This document shows, in pieces, positions 9,213-18,224 of a DNA stretch of 29,224 bases. The notes under the pieces are model-generated. The model saw only the letters and a program-made list of their open reading frames with translations, was not told the DNA's origin and did not search any database. This stretch comes from Armatimonadia bacterium (GTDB taxonomy: Bacteria; Armatimonadota; Zipacnadia; Zipacnadales; UBA11051): positions 1 to 29,224 of the forward strand of contig JBDKRC010000026.1 of the NCBI GenBank assembly GCA_039683575.1, given 5' to 3'. How positions within the stretch are numbered: position 1 is the stretch's first letter; every line of letters starts with the position of its first letter. Position numbers and translations under genes: made by a program.

Positions 9213-10214
9213 CTAGTAGCTGTCCACCGGCCAGAACACGTAGTCGCCCTTGCGCAGGAATTGCAGCATGCTCTGCGTGTCAGTGATCTCGGGGAACTCG
9301 CCCTTGCCGGGGCCGATGTAGCGCCATAGGCCCTTGTAGCTCTCGGGGATCGTCAGGCCGCCCGCATGCTCGTTGAGCGCTTTCGCGGAGGGCATATATG
9401 AGGCCTGCCGGAGGTAGGTGAGCATCTCGCTGGTGAAGCAGGCGAAGCGTGCCGGCTGGCCCTTGCACTGTCGCAGAATGAAGCCCAGCACCTCGACCGG
9501 CTCTGCCAGCCAGCCGATCTCATTCACCACCCCGTCGCCGCCGTTGCAGTAGCCGATGACCTCCCCGCCGAGCTCCAGTAGCCAGTACGTCGGCCCCGGC
9601 CGGCCGAAGCGCCCGGGCATGATGCGATCACGCCAGTAGGCCTCGCTGCGTACGATGGGCCCGGTCAGCTTGCCGCTGAAGGCCTCGTAGACGCGCATCA
9701 GGTCAGGGATGTCAGCAGGGCCTGCCTCACGGGTGGTCACCCCGGCGCCGCAATCCTCACGCACCCGCAGGTCAGCCGACAGCGTCAGCACGCTCAGCAC
9801 CTGCCAGCCGCTGCCGCCGTAGACTTCCTCTTTGCCAAACAGCGACGACCAGTCGTACTCCTCGCGCTGCATCCATGCTGCCGACTCCGCGAGGACCTGC
9901 TTCACCAGGCCCCGCTTGCGGAAGTCGGGGTGGGTGCAGACGCTGCCGATGCAACTCACCTTCGCCAGCCGCCCGGCGGCATAGACCTGCCGCGTGTAGT
10001 TGGTGACGCTGGCTACGAGTTGCCCGTCAATCACCATAACGCGCGTTTGCTCTGGCTCGTAGTATGGGTCGGCCTGGGCCGACTTCAGCCACCACTGGGG
10101 ATCGGCCAGGAAGGGCCGCTCGCCGGCCTGTACATACTCATAGTAGGACTTGTGCACCAGATCCGAGTGTGCTTCAAGCTCAGTGTCCCGCAGTCCCCGT
10201 ATCTCAGTTCCCAT
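9213..10214 (-). CDS. GNAT-family N-acetyltransferase (Eis-like N-terminal architecture)
   Basis: GGAGA RBS. IGSVCTHPDFRKRGLV acetyl-CoA motif A. GPIVRSEAYW as in Eis-like proteins. Confidence 0.85.
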   Translation of the reverse strand: MGTEIRGLRDTELEAHSDLVHKSYYEYVQAGERPFLADPQWWLKSAQADPYYEPEQTRVMVIDGQLVASVTNYTRQVYAAGRLAKVSCIGSVCTHPDFRKRGLVKQVLAESAAWMQREEYDWSSLFGKEEVYGGSGWQVLSVLTLSADLRVREDCGAGVTTREAGPADIPDLMRVYEAFSGKLTGPIVRSEAYWRDRIMPGRFGRPGPTYWLLELGGEVIGYCNGGDGVVNEIGWLAEPVEVLGFILRQCKGQPARFACFTSEMLTYLRQASYMPSAKALNEHAGGLTIPESYKGLWRYIGPGKGEFPEITDTQSMLQFLRKGDYVFWPVDSY

Positions 10215-10301
10215 TTCAGCGTCTCCATGTTGAATAATCGCGTGTGGTGAGGCTGTGAAGGGGTTCCCGGCAGGGACGTCGAATCCCTCCCACATTACAC
10301 C

Positions 10302-10745
10302 ATGACCACACCATCATTACACATCCGGCTTGTCACTGACGACGACCTGTCTGCGGTGATCCGTATCTACCAGTCCGCCTATCAGGCTCCGCCGTACATG
10401 TCCACCTGGGACGATGCGACCGCGGAGCGGATCATTCGAGAGTTCCGCCGGCTGTTCCCCAACCAGTGCTGGGTGGCGGTGCGCGAGGGCGAGATCGTCG
10501 GCTTCATCCTGTGCAGCAGCATCGCGGGCATGAGGGCGACGGTAGAGGAGTTCTGCGTGGCCCCTCGTGCGCAGCGGCAGGGCGTGGGCGACCAGTTGCT
10601 GGCGTACGCGCTCAAGCACTACCACGACGAGGGCTTTGCGTTCATCGAGCTTATAGCCAACCGCAACGCTCCGGCGTGGGGTTTCTACCGGCGACGGGGG
10701 TTTGAGGAGAATGCGGAGTATAAGTTGATGAGCCGGCGGTTGTGA
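10302..10745 (+). CDS. GNAT-family N-acetyltransferase
   Basis: VEEFCVAPRAQRQGVGDQLL (motif A) and NAPAWGFYRRRGF (motif B). Confidence 0.92.
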   Translation: MTTPSLHIRLVTDDDLSAVIRIYQSAYQAPPYMSTWDDATAERIIREFRRLFPNQCWVAVREGEIVGFILCSSIAGMRATVEEFCVAPRAQRQGVGDQLLAYALKHYHDEGFAFIELIANRNAPAWGFYRRRGFEENAEYKLMSRRL

Positions 10746-10752
10746 CGGCGGG

Positions 10753-10839
10753 TGACCCCGTTGGGGTCAGGGCTGAGGAGGTAGGCGCTAGTCCAGGGGT
10801 TGGCACCCCTGGCTACAATCGGTGACCCCTTCGGGGTCA
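10753..10839. repeat. Three-hairpin palindromic intergenic element
   Basis: TGACCCC-GTT-GGGGTCA (10753-10769), CCAGGGG-TTGGCA-CCCCTGG (10793-10812), TGACCCC-TTC-GGGGTCA (10823-10839). Confidence 0.75.
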
Positions 10840-10923
10840 AAAGGCGTGGTGGTACGCAGTGTTGCCTCTCGGACTTACCCTTCTTGAGCGCAACCCGAGC
10901 CCCCTGCCCCACAGGAGGCGAAG

Positions 10924-11124
10924 GCGGGCGGGACGCCCGCACTACGCGTGAGTGGTGGTCGTAGATGACGACCGGCGGGGTACGAGCCCCCTGCCCTACA
11001 GCCTGACGACCGGCGGGGATAGCGGGCGAGACGCCCGCACTACGCGTGAGTGGTGGTCGTAGATGACGACCGGCGGGGTACGAGCCCCCGCCCTACAGCC
11101 TGACGACCGACGGGGATAGCGGGC
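10924..11124 (-). repeat. Tandem ~98-bp repeat built from two GTAG-type REP classes (BIME-like)
   Basis: Units start at 10924, 11022 and 11119 (last one partial). On the minus strand each carries GTAG-TGCGGGCGTCYCGCCCGC and GTAG-GGC...GGGGCTCGTACCCCGCC. Confidence 0.85.
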
Positions 11125-13127
11125 TAGGGCCATGGGAAGAACGGCGCCCGCAGCCGCCAGATGGCCGCCAGAGCCGCCCAGATTACTGCCTGCGAGAATT
11201 CCCCTAAGATCAACCCCAGGAAGAACGGCCGCAAGTGTGCGTAGACCTTCATCCCGCCATAGCGCAGGACGGTGGTCTTCACCAGCCATGCCACCAGGAT
11301 CGGGAACCAGAAGACGATCATGCTCCACGATCCCGACAGCGCGAACGCCAGCGGTGAGAACGGCCACCACGTGTGCTGGGTGCGCATCCACGCCAGGAAG
11401 GTTGCGAACCCTACTCCGGTCCCGAAGAATACGCCCAGCCGTGGGTCGAACTTGTCGGCGGCGTTCAGGACCGGCGCGAACTGCGTGAAGCCCGCGAATG
11501 AGTTCCACTTGTAGGCATAGCCGTACAGCGTCACTGCGCCGCGACGGTACGGGATAAGCAGGTGCAGTACGGTCCCCCAGACGAGCGTGAGTGCCAGCGA
11601 GCCCATGATGGACCAGAACAGGTGTCGCCGGTCGAGCTTCACCACGTCCGACATCTTCAGCCCGTCCAGCATCGTCGAAAGCAGGTTGCCGCGCAGGTCG
11701 CGCGTGAAGACCGCGTCCACCATCGCGAGGGCGGTCAGCGTAGGAGCGCCGAGAGAGGCCTGGGTGGTGAAAATGCGGACCACGTCCACGGGGCGGAAGC
11801 TCGTCTCGGTCATCAGCATCCCGGCTTCCGAGACGCTGCGTGCCATCACCAGCACCACGACGAACAGGAACACGATTACCTCAAGAGTCGCCATCCAGGC
11901 GCTCATCCCCAGCGCGGTCATCCACCAGATTGCCACGATGGACGAAACAGCGAGGCCGATGATGGCCGCTCGATAGGACAGGAACTCGCGTGGTTCATTC
12001 TTCGCGGGGTCGCACGGCTGCTTGGTGCGCTCCCAGACCTGCCGCAGGTGCGGCCAGGCGGACTTCACGAGGTAGACCGCCAGCACCATGTACGCACCCA
12101 TCACATGGTAGCCGTTCCACAGACTGGTCGGGTACAGCGGCATGGCCTCGAAGGACTTACCGAACATGGAGAACGCGATGTTCTCCAGGCGGTTGAACAG
12201 GTACATGCTCCACAGCGCGAAGAGCACCTGGGCGGGGATGAAGTAGCTGAAGCCCACTGCGGCCATGGAGCAGTACACGGTCTGCTGGCCGAGGTCCTTC
12301 CAGGGGCGTCCGAGGGTATTGAAGAAGGGGTTCCAGGGGTACTGCAGCTTGAGCATCGGCACGGCGGGGTAGATCTCGTGCAGGCCGTTGAGCGTGAAGA
12401 TGAAGGTCGGGATGGCAAAGCCGATCCACGTCAGGCGGTTGCTGAAGAACGCTCCCGCCCCGCTCTCGTCTTTCGCCATCTCCAGCGGGAGATAGACGAG
12501 TGGGAAGGTCAGCTTCTCGTTGTCCACCCACTGGCGGCGGAAGATCGCGGCCATGCACGCGTACGCCACGAAGAAGGCGACGATGACGATGAGCCACATG
12601 CCCACCGGCTTGGCCCAGAGCTCCCACGGAATCGAGCGGCCCGGCCGCAACCCCTCGTAGAACTGGATCGCGGGCCGCTGCACCCCCTCGCCCCGTACGT
12701 CGAAGATCACCGCCCACTGCGGGATGTTGCCGTAGAAGACTTTGTCCCAGTGGTTGCTCTCGGTCGTGTAGTAGTTGACCGCCACCAGCGTCGGTAGCCA
12801 GCGTTCGAGGAGCCCGCGCGAGGTCGTCAGCGAGGCGACCAGGATCATCACGTAGATGACGATGATCTCATGGGCGTGCAGGCCGAGGCGGCGGAAGAGG
12901 CTGCGGAGGATGATGTTGGCGATGACGATGATGAACAGCAGCCCAATGGCCGCGGGGGCGAACTGGCAGATGGCGATCTGGATGCTGGAGACGACCAGTT
13001 CCGCCCACGATACCACGAACACCGCCGCGGCGGAGCCGATCAGCCCAATGATGATGGCGCGGGGGCTGACGGCCAGACGCTGCGACGGGTTGGTGACAAG
13101 GCCCTGATCAGGGAGGGGCTGAGCCAT
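11124..13127 (-). CDS. DUF6785/DUF6784 polytopic membrane protein (putative OPT-like transporter)
   Basis: 667 aa, many TM segments, RRQWVDNEKLTFPL, C-terminal LRYGG...LRPFFLGLILGE, recalled as typical of this family. Confidence 0.75.
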   Translation of the reverse strand: MAQPLPDQGLVTNPSQRLAVSPRAIIIGLIGSAAAVFVVSWAELVVSSIQIAICQFAPAAIGLLFIIVIANIILRSLFRRLGLHAHEIIVIYVMILVASLTTSRGLLERWLPTLVAVNYYTTESNHWDKVFYGNIPQWAVIFDVRGEGVQRPAIQFYEGLRPGRSIPWELWAKPVGMWLIVIVAFFVAYACMAAIFRRQWVDNEKLTFPLVYLPLEMAKDESGAGAFFSNRLTWIGFAIPTFIFTLNGLHEIYPAVPMLKLQYPWNPFFNTLGRPWKDLGQQTVYCSMAAVGFSYFIPAQVLFALWSMYLFNRLENIAFSMFGKSFEAMPLYPTSLWNGYHVMGAYMVLAVYLVKSAWPHLRQVWERTKQPCDPAKNEPREFLSYRAAIIGLAVSSIVAIWWMTALGMSAWMATLEVIVFLFVVVLVMARSVSEAGMLMTETSFRPVDVVRIFTTQASLGAPTLTALAMVDAVFTRDLRGNLLSTMLDGLKMSDVVKLDRRHLFWSIMGSLALTLVWGTVLHLLIPYRRGAVTLYGYAYKWNSFAGFTQFAPVLNAADKFDPRLGVFFGTGVGFATFLAWMRTQHTWWPFSPLAFALSGSWSMIVFWFPILVAWLVKTTVLRYGGMKVYAHLRPFFLGLILGEFSQAVIWAALAAIWRLRAPFFPWP

Positions 13128-13166
13128 GTATCACTACTGCCTTGAGAGATGAGCGGCGTATGTAGC

Positions 13167-16100
13167 CTATTGCGACAAGAGCAAGCGGACCTCGCCCAAC
13201 TCGCCAAAGGTGACCATACAGTACCTGTCGCGCCACTGGGTCGGCACGGACTGCCCCTGCGCCCACTCCGCAACCCACACTGCAACCGGCTCGCCGGTAT
13301 CGGTGGCGGCGGCGAAATGCGGCGGCCCGACGGCGGCCAGTTCCCCGTGCGGGTGATGGTGCGGCCCGAGCAAGTTGCGCAGCGTGCCGTACAGGGTGAT
13401 CTCGATCTGGCGCGCCTCGCCGGGCGACAGCTCCAACTGCAACGGCTGCTTGTAGATATGCCCTGCGGTCACGCCGTCGAGGCTGACCTCTGCGATGGGA
13501 CAATCGAGTTGCCCGAGTTGCAGTCTGGCCGGCGCGGGAAGCTCAGGCACGTTGACGGTGTAGCGCAGCCGGCCTGCATAGAATGGCAGGCCCTGAAGAG
13601 TGGTATCGCCCCAGACAAGCGCCTGCGGGTCGGTCAGGATGAAGGTATTCGCTGCAAAGCACTGGACTCCCTGCCTGGGCAGCCCATACTGCTCCCACAC
13701 GAACTGCAGCGTCTTTTCGTCGGTGGGCTCACCAATGACGCCGAAGTCGCCAACGAGGTACAGGGACTCGATCTCCGTCCCATAGCGGCGGAAGGCGTCT
13801 TCGAGGCTGGTCAGGTCACCGGGGATGAAGTGCTCACAGTGTAGCTCGATAGTGTTCCCGCCCTCGGTGAGCATTCCCGTGGCGTCGATTGGCATCCAGC
13901 GGAAGTCGCGCCAGGACGGCAACCCGGCGTACGCGACCGGCTGACCGTTGACCGAGATGCTGTACCGTTCGGGATACTCCACCACCAGCCGTAGTTGGCG
14001 CTGTGGCGACAGGCCCTGCACCTGCACCGGGTAGCGGAGGGTCAGCCGACCCTCGTACTGCAGGTCGTTGAGGCGCTGCTGGATGGCGATCACGGGCAGC
14101 GGCCGGGGCGACCACTCGCCGTCGCCCTCACGCCAGTATGCGTAATCGAGAGTGAAGGCGTTGTCGTCCAGCCGCTCGACCTGCCAGGCCTCGGCAGGCA
14201 GGGCAATCTCCGACACGGTCGGCGGCGGCAGGAGGCTCGCGCCCCCACCGTCCGCCTGATCATCCCTCAGCAGGAACAGCCATGACTGCCCCGGCGCAAA
14301 GGGAACCCGCAACTGGAGGCCGTCCGCCGTGCGCTCGGTTGCCAGCAAGCGCGGCTGGCCGGTCTCAGTGTCCAGTAGATGGAGCGCTGACCGTTCCGTA
14401 CGAAAACCGACGGTGGCGGTGAAACCCCGCTCGCGATGGAGATTGGCCAGGTAGACGATTCTGCCGCCGTCAACGTCACGCACATGCGCCAGCAGGGGCC
14501 AGTCGCTCTCAGTCTCGACGCCCGTCACCTCGACGGCCGCCGGGACGACCTCAGCCAGCACGCGGGGCAACTCCTCCGGCGACACCTCCGGCAGACTCTT
14601 CAGCCACTCGGCAAGCTCAGCCGAGGGCTCGCCGTCGAGCCACTCAGCCGCTCGTCCACAGCGCCAGATCGGTCCGCCCGCCGCCTGGAACTCCTGCAGG
14701 AGCTTGAGCGTGGTCGCGGCCATGGTGCGCATGGCGGGGATGATGACCGCCGGGTAGAGCATCTTGCCGACGCGCAGCCTGGGGCCGGCGATGCCTATCT
14801 CCACCGCGCCATCATCGGCCAGGATCGTCTCGTCTCCGAAGTCCATCGTCCGCTGCGCGCCCAGCAGCGCCTCCATGGCCGCCTTCGCGCTCGCGTCCAG
14901 TTCGTTGATCTGATCCCGCACGCCCGGCGCGGTCGGCTCCTCTTCGTAGGGATACGCCCGTTCGCCGTTCTCCGTGGGCGCATGGACCTGCCACAGCGCC
15001 AGCACCGACTCCTGCGGGTGAATGACCAAGGCGTCGGCCACGTACTGCCCCTGGCTCAGGGCCACGCAGGTGCGGGACAGGGGATCGTCGCAGAGGTGGT
15101 TCAGCGGCCACCAGGGCTGCGGATAGAACATGTTCTGCGGGTAGTCGCGCTTGCGGCAGCCGGCCATCGTGTAGAGTGACAGGTGGGGGTTGATGAGCGT
15201 CACGCCCAGCGCCAGTTGCATCCCCGCCATCCAGTGCCGGTCCTCGAAAGTCAGCGCGCCGCCCGTGCAGCCATAGAACTCGCTGAGCATTCGCGGCTTG
15301 CCATACTGGTTGACCACGCTGTGGCACATCTTGGGGCCGATGCGCTGGTTGACCTGACGGCCCAGCAAGTCAATGCCCGGGAAACCCTCGAAGCGGTAGT
15401 TCGCCATAAGCTTGACGCCCCACCGCTGCTGCTCGTACAGGTGCTCCTCAGCCATGTAGTGGCCGGTGAGCGCGATCCCATGCTCGGCGCACCAGTCGCC
15501 GAGTTGCCGGGAGAAGTTGGTCTCGAAGAGGTTGTTGATGGTCCGGTAATAGTGCAACCGGAAACGCGGCCCCTCCGGCGCGTCGGTGAACAACAGATGC
15601 AGGAGCGGCACCGGGTCGTACCCGTGGATTTCCTCAAAACGCGAGGTCAGGTCAGCGCTATAGACCACCGGCCCCAGCGGCAGCCGCCTCGCGAACATCG
15701 CGTTGGGCTCGTCGGTGAACTCGGCGATGATGGTCTCGCCATAGTCCGCGCTGAAGCGCTCGTAGTATGCCGCATAGGCGTCATGCACGAACTTGCGCAT
15801 GGCGGCCTTGCTCATCGTGTCGGCATACGAGGTGCCGTTGAACCACGGGTCCTTCAGCGGCACGGTGTAGGAATACACCTGCAGCCCGTCATGTGGCTCG
15901 CCGAGAGCCACCGCCTCGGGCGGCACTGGTGTCCCCACCGGCCGGGCGATCAGTATCTTCTGCCGGAAGCTCTCATCCGCCATGGGCACCGTGCCGCCGC
16001 TGTAGCCGCTGGGCCACTTGTCCTCATCATAGAGGAAGACCTTGAGGCCCCGCTGCTTGCACTGGTCAATGGCCGCCGCACAGGCTGCAAACCACTCTTC

Positions 16101-16289
16101 GCCCAGATAGGGCGTGGTCAGCCCCACCCGCGAATGCAGGAAACCGCCGCCCCAGCCCGCCGCCGCGATCTCATCCACCTGCCGCCGCACCTCGGCCGGC
16201 TCCATGCGCTCGTTCCAGCTCCAGAAGGGGACAGGCCGGAACTCGGCGGGAGGGCACGCGAAATACTCAAGCCAGGACTGCTCGGACAT
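13167..16289 (-). CDS. Large glycoside hydrolase, GH106 (alpha-L-rhamnosidase)-like, with C-terminal beta-sandwich domains
   Basis: AAGGAG RBS 9 nt before ATG 16289. RPVPFWSWN, HSRVGLTTPYLGEEW, LYDEDKWPSG, FTDEP, LTGH...EE, PGIDLL, LSEFYG, RKRDYP, QGLPFYAG, LRNLLGPHH. Substrate not established. Confidence 0.85.
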   Translation of the reverse strand: MSEQSWLEYFACPPAEFRPVPFWSWNERMEPAEVRRQVDEIAAAGWGGGFLHSRVGLTTPYLGEEWFAACAAAIDQCKQRGLKVFLYDEDKWPSGYSGGTVPMADESFRQKILIARPVGTPVPPEAVALGEPHDGLQVYSYTVPLKDPWFNGTSYADTMSKAAMRKFVHDAYAAYYERFSADYGETIIAEFTDEPNAMFARRLPLGPVVYSADLTSRFEEIHGYDPVPLLHLLFTDAPEGPRFRLHYYRTINNLFETNFSRQLGDWCAEHGIALTGHYMAEEHLYEQQRWGVKLMANYRFEGFPGIDLLGRQVNQRIGPKMCHSVVNQYGKPRMLSEFYGCTGGALTFEDRHWMAGMQLALGVTLINPHLSLYTMAGCRKRDYPQNMFYPQPWWPLNHLCDDPLSRTCVALSQGQYVADALVIHPQESVLALWQVHAPTENGERAYPYEEEPTAPGVRDQINELDASAKAAMEALLGAQRTMDFGDETILADDGAVEIGIAGPRLRVGKMLYPAVIIPAMRTMAATTLKLLQEFQAAGGPIWRCGRAAEWLDGEPSAELAEWLKSLPEVSPEELPRVLAEVVPAAVEVTGVETESDWPLLAHVRDVDGGRIVYLANLHRERGFTATVGFRTERSALHLLDTETGQPRLLATERTADGLQLRVPFAPGQSWLFLLRDDQADGGGASLLPPPTVSEIALPAEAWQVERLDDNAFTLDYAYWREGDGEWSPRPLPVIAIQQRLNDLQYEGRLTLRYPVQVQGLSPQRQLRLVVEYPERYSISVNGQPVAYAGLPSWRDFRWMPIDATGMLTEGGNTIELHCEHFIPGDLTSLEDAFRRYGTEIESLYLVGDFGVIGEPTDEKTLQFVWEQYGLPRQGVQCFAANTFILTDPQALVWGDTTLQGLPFYAGRLRYTVNVPELPAPARLQLGQLDCPIAEVSLDGVTAGHIYKQPLQLELSPGEARQIEITLYGTLRNLLGPHHHPHGELAAVGPPHFAAATDTGEPVAVWVAEWAQGQSVPTQWRDRYCMVTFGELGEVRLLLSQ

Positions 16290-16480
16290 CAATACCAACT
16301 CCTTGAGCGGAGGCAGGTAGTTCGGCGCGTGGAGCGACCGAACCTCCCGCGCCTGCGCCCGCCTTCAGCGATCGCAGGCTCTTTCGGTTTCTGGCCTCCA
16401 GTTGCTGACGAAAACGTGCAGGAGTAGAAGATCCGCCGGCGAATGATGACAACAGTTCGCCAGTCCAATGGAGGTGTACC

Positions 16481-17122
16481 ATGCGCCGCGGCTTCACCCT
16501 AATTGAGTTGCTCGTCGTCATAGCGATCATCGCAATTCTCGCTGCCATCCTGTTCCCCGTTTTCGCCAAGGCCCGCGAGAAGGCCCGCCAGACAAGCTGC
16601 CTCTCGAACATCAAGCAGCTTTCAGTCGGCTGCATGATGTACGCGCAGGACTATGACGAGATGCTGATGCGCTCACGAAACTTCCTGGCCAGGACGCTGT
16701 GGGCTAACGATGTTCTGCCCTATGTGAAGAACCAGCAGATCTTCCGTTGCCCCTCCGGCGGCGATGCGACCTTCCCGACCGCCGGTCTCAACGACGCGGC
16801 CAGGACCGAGATGAATTACGGCTTCACCTGGGACAACTCCAGCACTGATCTGGCACTCGGGAAGATAGATAACCCGGCCGAGACAGCCTTCCTGGCGGAC
16901 AGCCGCGGCTACATGTTCTATCCCGATACCTACGGCGGCGTACTGAGAGCCGCTTCGGGCGTGGGCTATCACATACAACCCCGCCATAATGACGGCGCCA
17001 ATGTCGGCTTTGTTGACGGGCACGCCAAGTGGTATTCGCAGTCCGTGATCAACGCCGCGAACAAGACGGCGGGGATTGACTGGGACCTCACCGAGGATGG
17101 GGTGCTGTATATCGGTTCATAG
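16481..17122 (+). CDS. Prepilin-type DUF1559 / H-X9-DG protein
   Basis: [21 protein letters not shown]...[36 protein letters not shown]. Confidence 0.95.
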   Translation: MRRGFTLIELLVVIAIIAILAAILFPVFAKAREKARQTSCLSNIKQLSVGCMMYAQDYDEMLMRSRNFLARTLWANDVLPYVKNQQIFRCPSGGDATFPTAGLNDAARTEMNYGFTWDNSSTDLALGKIDNPAETAFLADSRGYMFYPDTYGGVLRAASGVGYHIQPRHNDGANVGFVDGHAKWYSQSVINAANKTAGIDWDLTEDGVLYIGS

Positions 17123-17145
17123 CCGTCACGGGCAATGCTGCCTCG

Positions 17146-17180
17146 AGCCTGCGGCTGCACCAGCGGTCGCAGGCTTTTTT
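17146..17180 (+). terminator. Intrinsic terminator
   Basis: 13-bp stem AGCCTGCGGCTGC / GCGGTCGCAGGCT (2 G-U pairs), loop ACCA, then TTTTT. Confidence 0.85.
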
Positions 17181-17243
17181 GCTTCCGCTCTAGCCGTACC
17201 GGCCAGGCCCGCTCTGGGAGCCCAATCGAGAAATGAGGGAGAT

Positions 17244-17271
17244 TTGACAAACGCGAAGATGATGTTACTAT
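17244..17271 (+). promoter_or_regulatory. Sigma70-type promoter of the second DUF1559 gene
   Basis: TTGACA (17244-17249), 16-nt spacer ending TG-T, TACTAT (17266-17271). Confidence 0.7.
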
Positions 17272-17298
17272 TGTACGAGTTTTGCATGGAGGTAGATC

Positions 17299-17949
17299 AT
17301 GCTACGTCGTCGCGGCTTCACACTAATTGAGCTTCTTGTCGTAATCGCGATCATCGCAATCCTGGCGGCTATCCTGTTCCCGGTCTTCGCCAAAGCCCGG
17401 GAGAAGGCCCGGCAGAGCAGTTGTCTGAGCAATGTCCGGCAGTTGACCACCGCCGCTCTGATGTATGTCCAGGACTACGATGAATGCTTCTTTCACCGCT
17501 ACTTCCCGGCGGTATCAACGGCGCCAGTCAAGTACTGGTGGGCGGACACCACCGGCAATAGCCTGCTCGGCCCATATATCAAGAATGTTCAGCTCTTCCG
17601 CTGTCCCAGCGCGAACAGTCTGGCCTATGGCTACGGTTACAACGGCTGTCTGACCTATACCGTGTCCCTCGGCACCATCAAGAGTCCCGCTGAGATCATG
17701 ATGTTCGTGGACGACACCTGGAATGGGCGCATGGCCTACCCACCGCTGCAAAGCGGCGCGTCCAACCTCGCCAACTGGGGTGCCAACTTCGCCAGTCCGG
17801 CGGTAGCCCCGTTCGTGTGGGGGCAGAACACGCCCTACGGCCGGCACAATGATGGTGTGAACGTTGGCTTCGTTGACGGGCACTCAAAATGGATGCGGCC
17901 GGAAATCCTGTGGGCCAACTGCTCGATGAAATACTACCAGGATTGGTAG
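17299..17949 (+). CDS. Prepilin-type DUF1559 / H-X9-DG protein
   Basis: [21 protein letters not shown]...[36 protein letters not shown]. Confidence 0.95.
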   Translation: MLRRRGFTLIELLVVIAIIAILAAILFPVFAKAREKARQSSCLSNVRQLTTAALMYVQDYDECFFHRYFPAVSTAPVKYWWADTTGNSLLGPYIKNVQLFRCPSANSLAYGYGYNGCLTYTVSLGTIKSPAEIMMFVDDTWNGRMAYPPLQSGASNLANWGANFASPAVAPFVWGQNTPYGRHNDGVNVGFVDGHSKWMRPEILWANCSMKYYQDW

Positions 17950-17985
17950 TCGCCGAGTCCGGCGGCGCCGAGCCCGGCTGTATTC

Positions 17986-18014
17986 TTTACAGCCGCCGCC
18001 CTTGCTGCTATAAT
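17986..18014 (+). promoter_or_regulatory. Sigma70-type promoter of thrS
   Basis: TTTACA (17986-17991), 17-nt spacer ending TG-C, TATAAT (18009-18014). Confidence 0.8.
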
Positions 18015-18035
18015 TCCGCTGTCAGGAACAAACCA

Positions 18036-18086
18036 ATGAGCAGCCGCCCCTCGGACAACCTGTTCGGCACTACGATTGACGCATAG
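18036..18086 (+). CDS. Putative thrS leader peptide (MSSRPSDNLFGTTIDA)
   Basis: AGGA at 18024-18027, 8 nt before the ATG. Tandem Thr codons ACT ACG at 18069-18074. Lies between the promoter and a terminator. Confidence 0.5.
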   Translation: MSSRPSDNLFGTTIDA

Positions 18087-18124
18087 AGCGGCAGCCCTCC
18101 TGGGCGTCTAATATCTGGTAACAC

Positions 18125-18168
18125 CAGCCGCGTCGGAAGCTCACGACGCGGCTGTTTTGTTATGTTTT
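18125..18168 (+). terminator. Intrinsic terminator/attenuator in the thrS leader
   Basis: Perfect 11-bp stem CAGCCGCGTCG / CGACGCGGCTG (18125-18154), then TTTTGTTATGTTTT. Confidence 0.85.
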
Positions 18169-18224
18169 GACCTTCCACCAACCTGTACGAGCGATCACCG
18201 ATCGCGACTCTGGAGTTGATCCAT

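Noticed and set aside
10924-11124. Possible CRISPR array
   Set aside because: Whole units repeat with no unique spacers, only two full copies, and no cas genes in the window.
7334-17949. Diversity-generating retroelement or pilin antigenic-variation cassettes among the DUF1559 genes
   Set aside because: No reverse transcriptase or recombinase, no TR/VR pair, all copies are full length with their own starts, and the shared N-termini differ at synonymous sites.
18090-18108. ZTP (pfl) riboswitch, because of GCCCTCCTGGGC
   Set aside because: The 5' conserved GACUGGCG-type segment is missing and the gene context does not fit.
18105-18135. T-box riboswitch (TGGTAAC resembles the UGGNACC bulge)
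   Set aside because: No AGGG/CCCU antiterminator helices around it and no recognisable Stem I AG/GNUG motifs; the leader before it is only about 95 nt. An Infernal search is still needed to exclude it formally.
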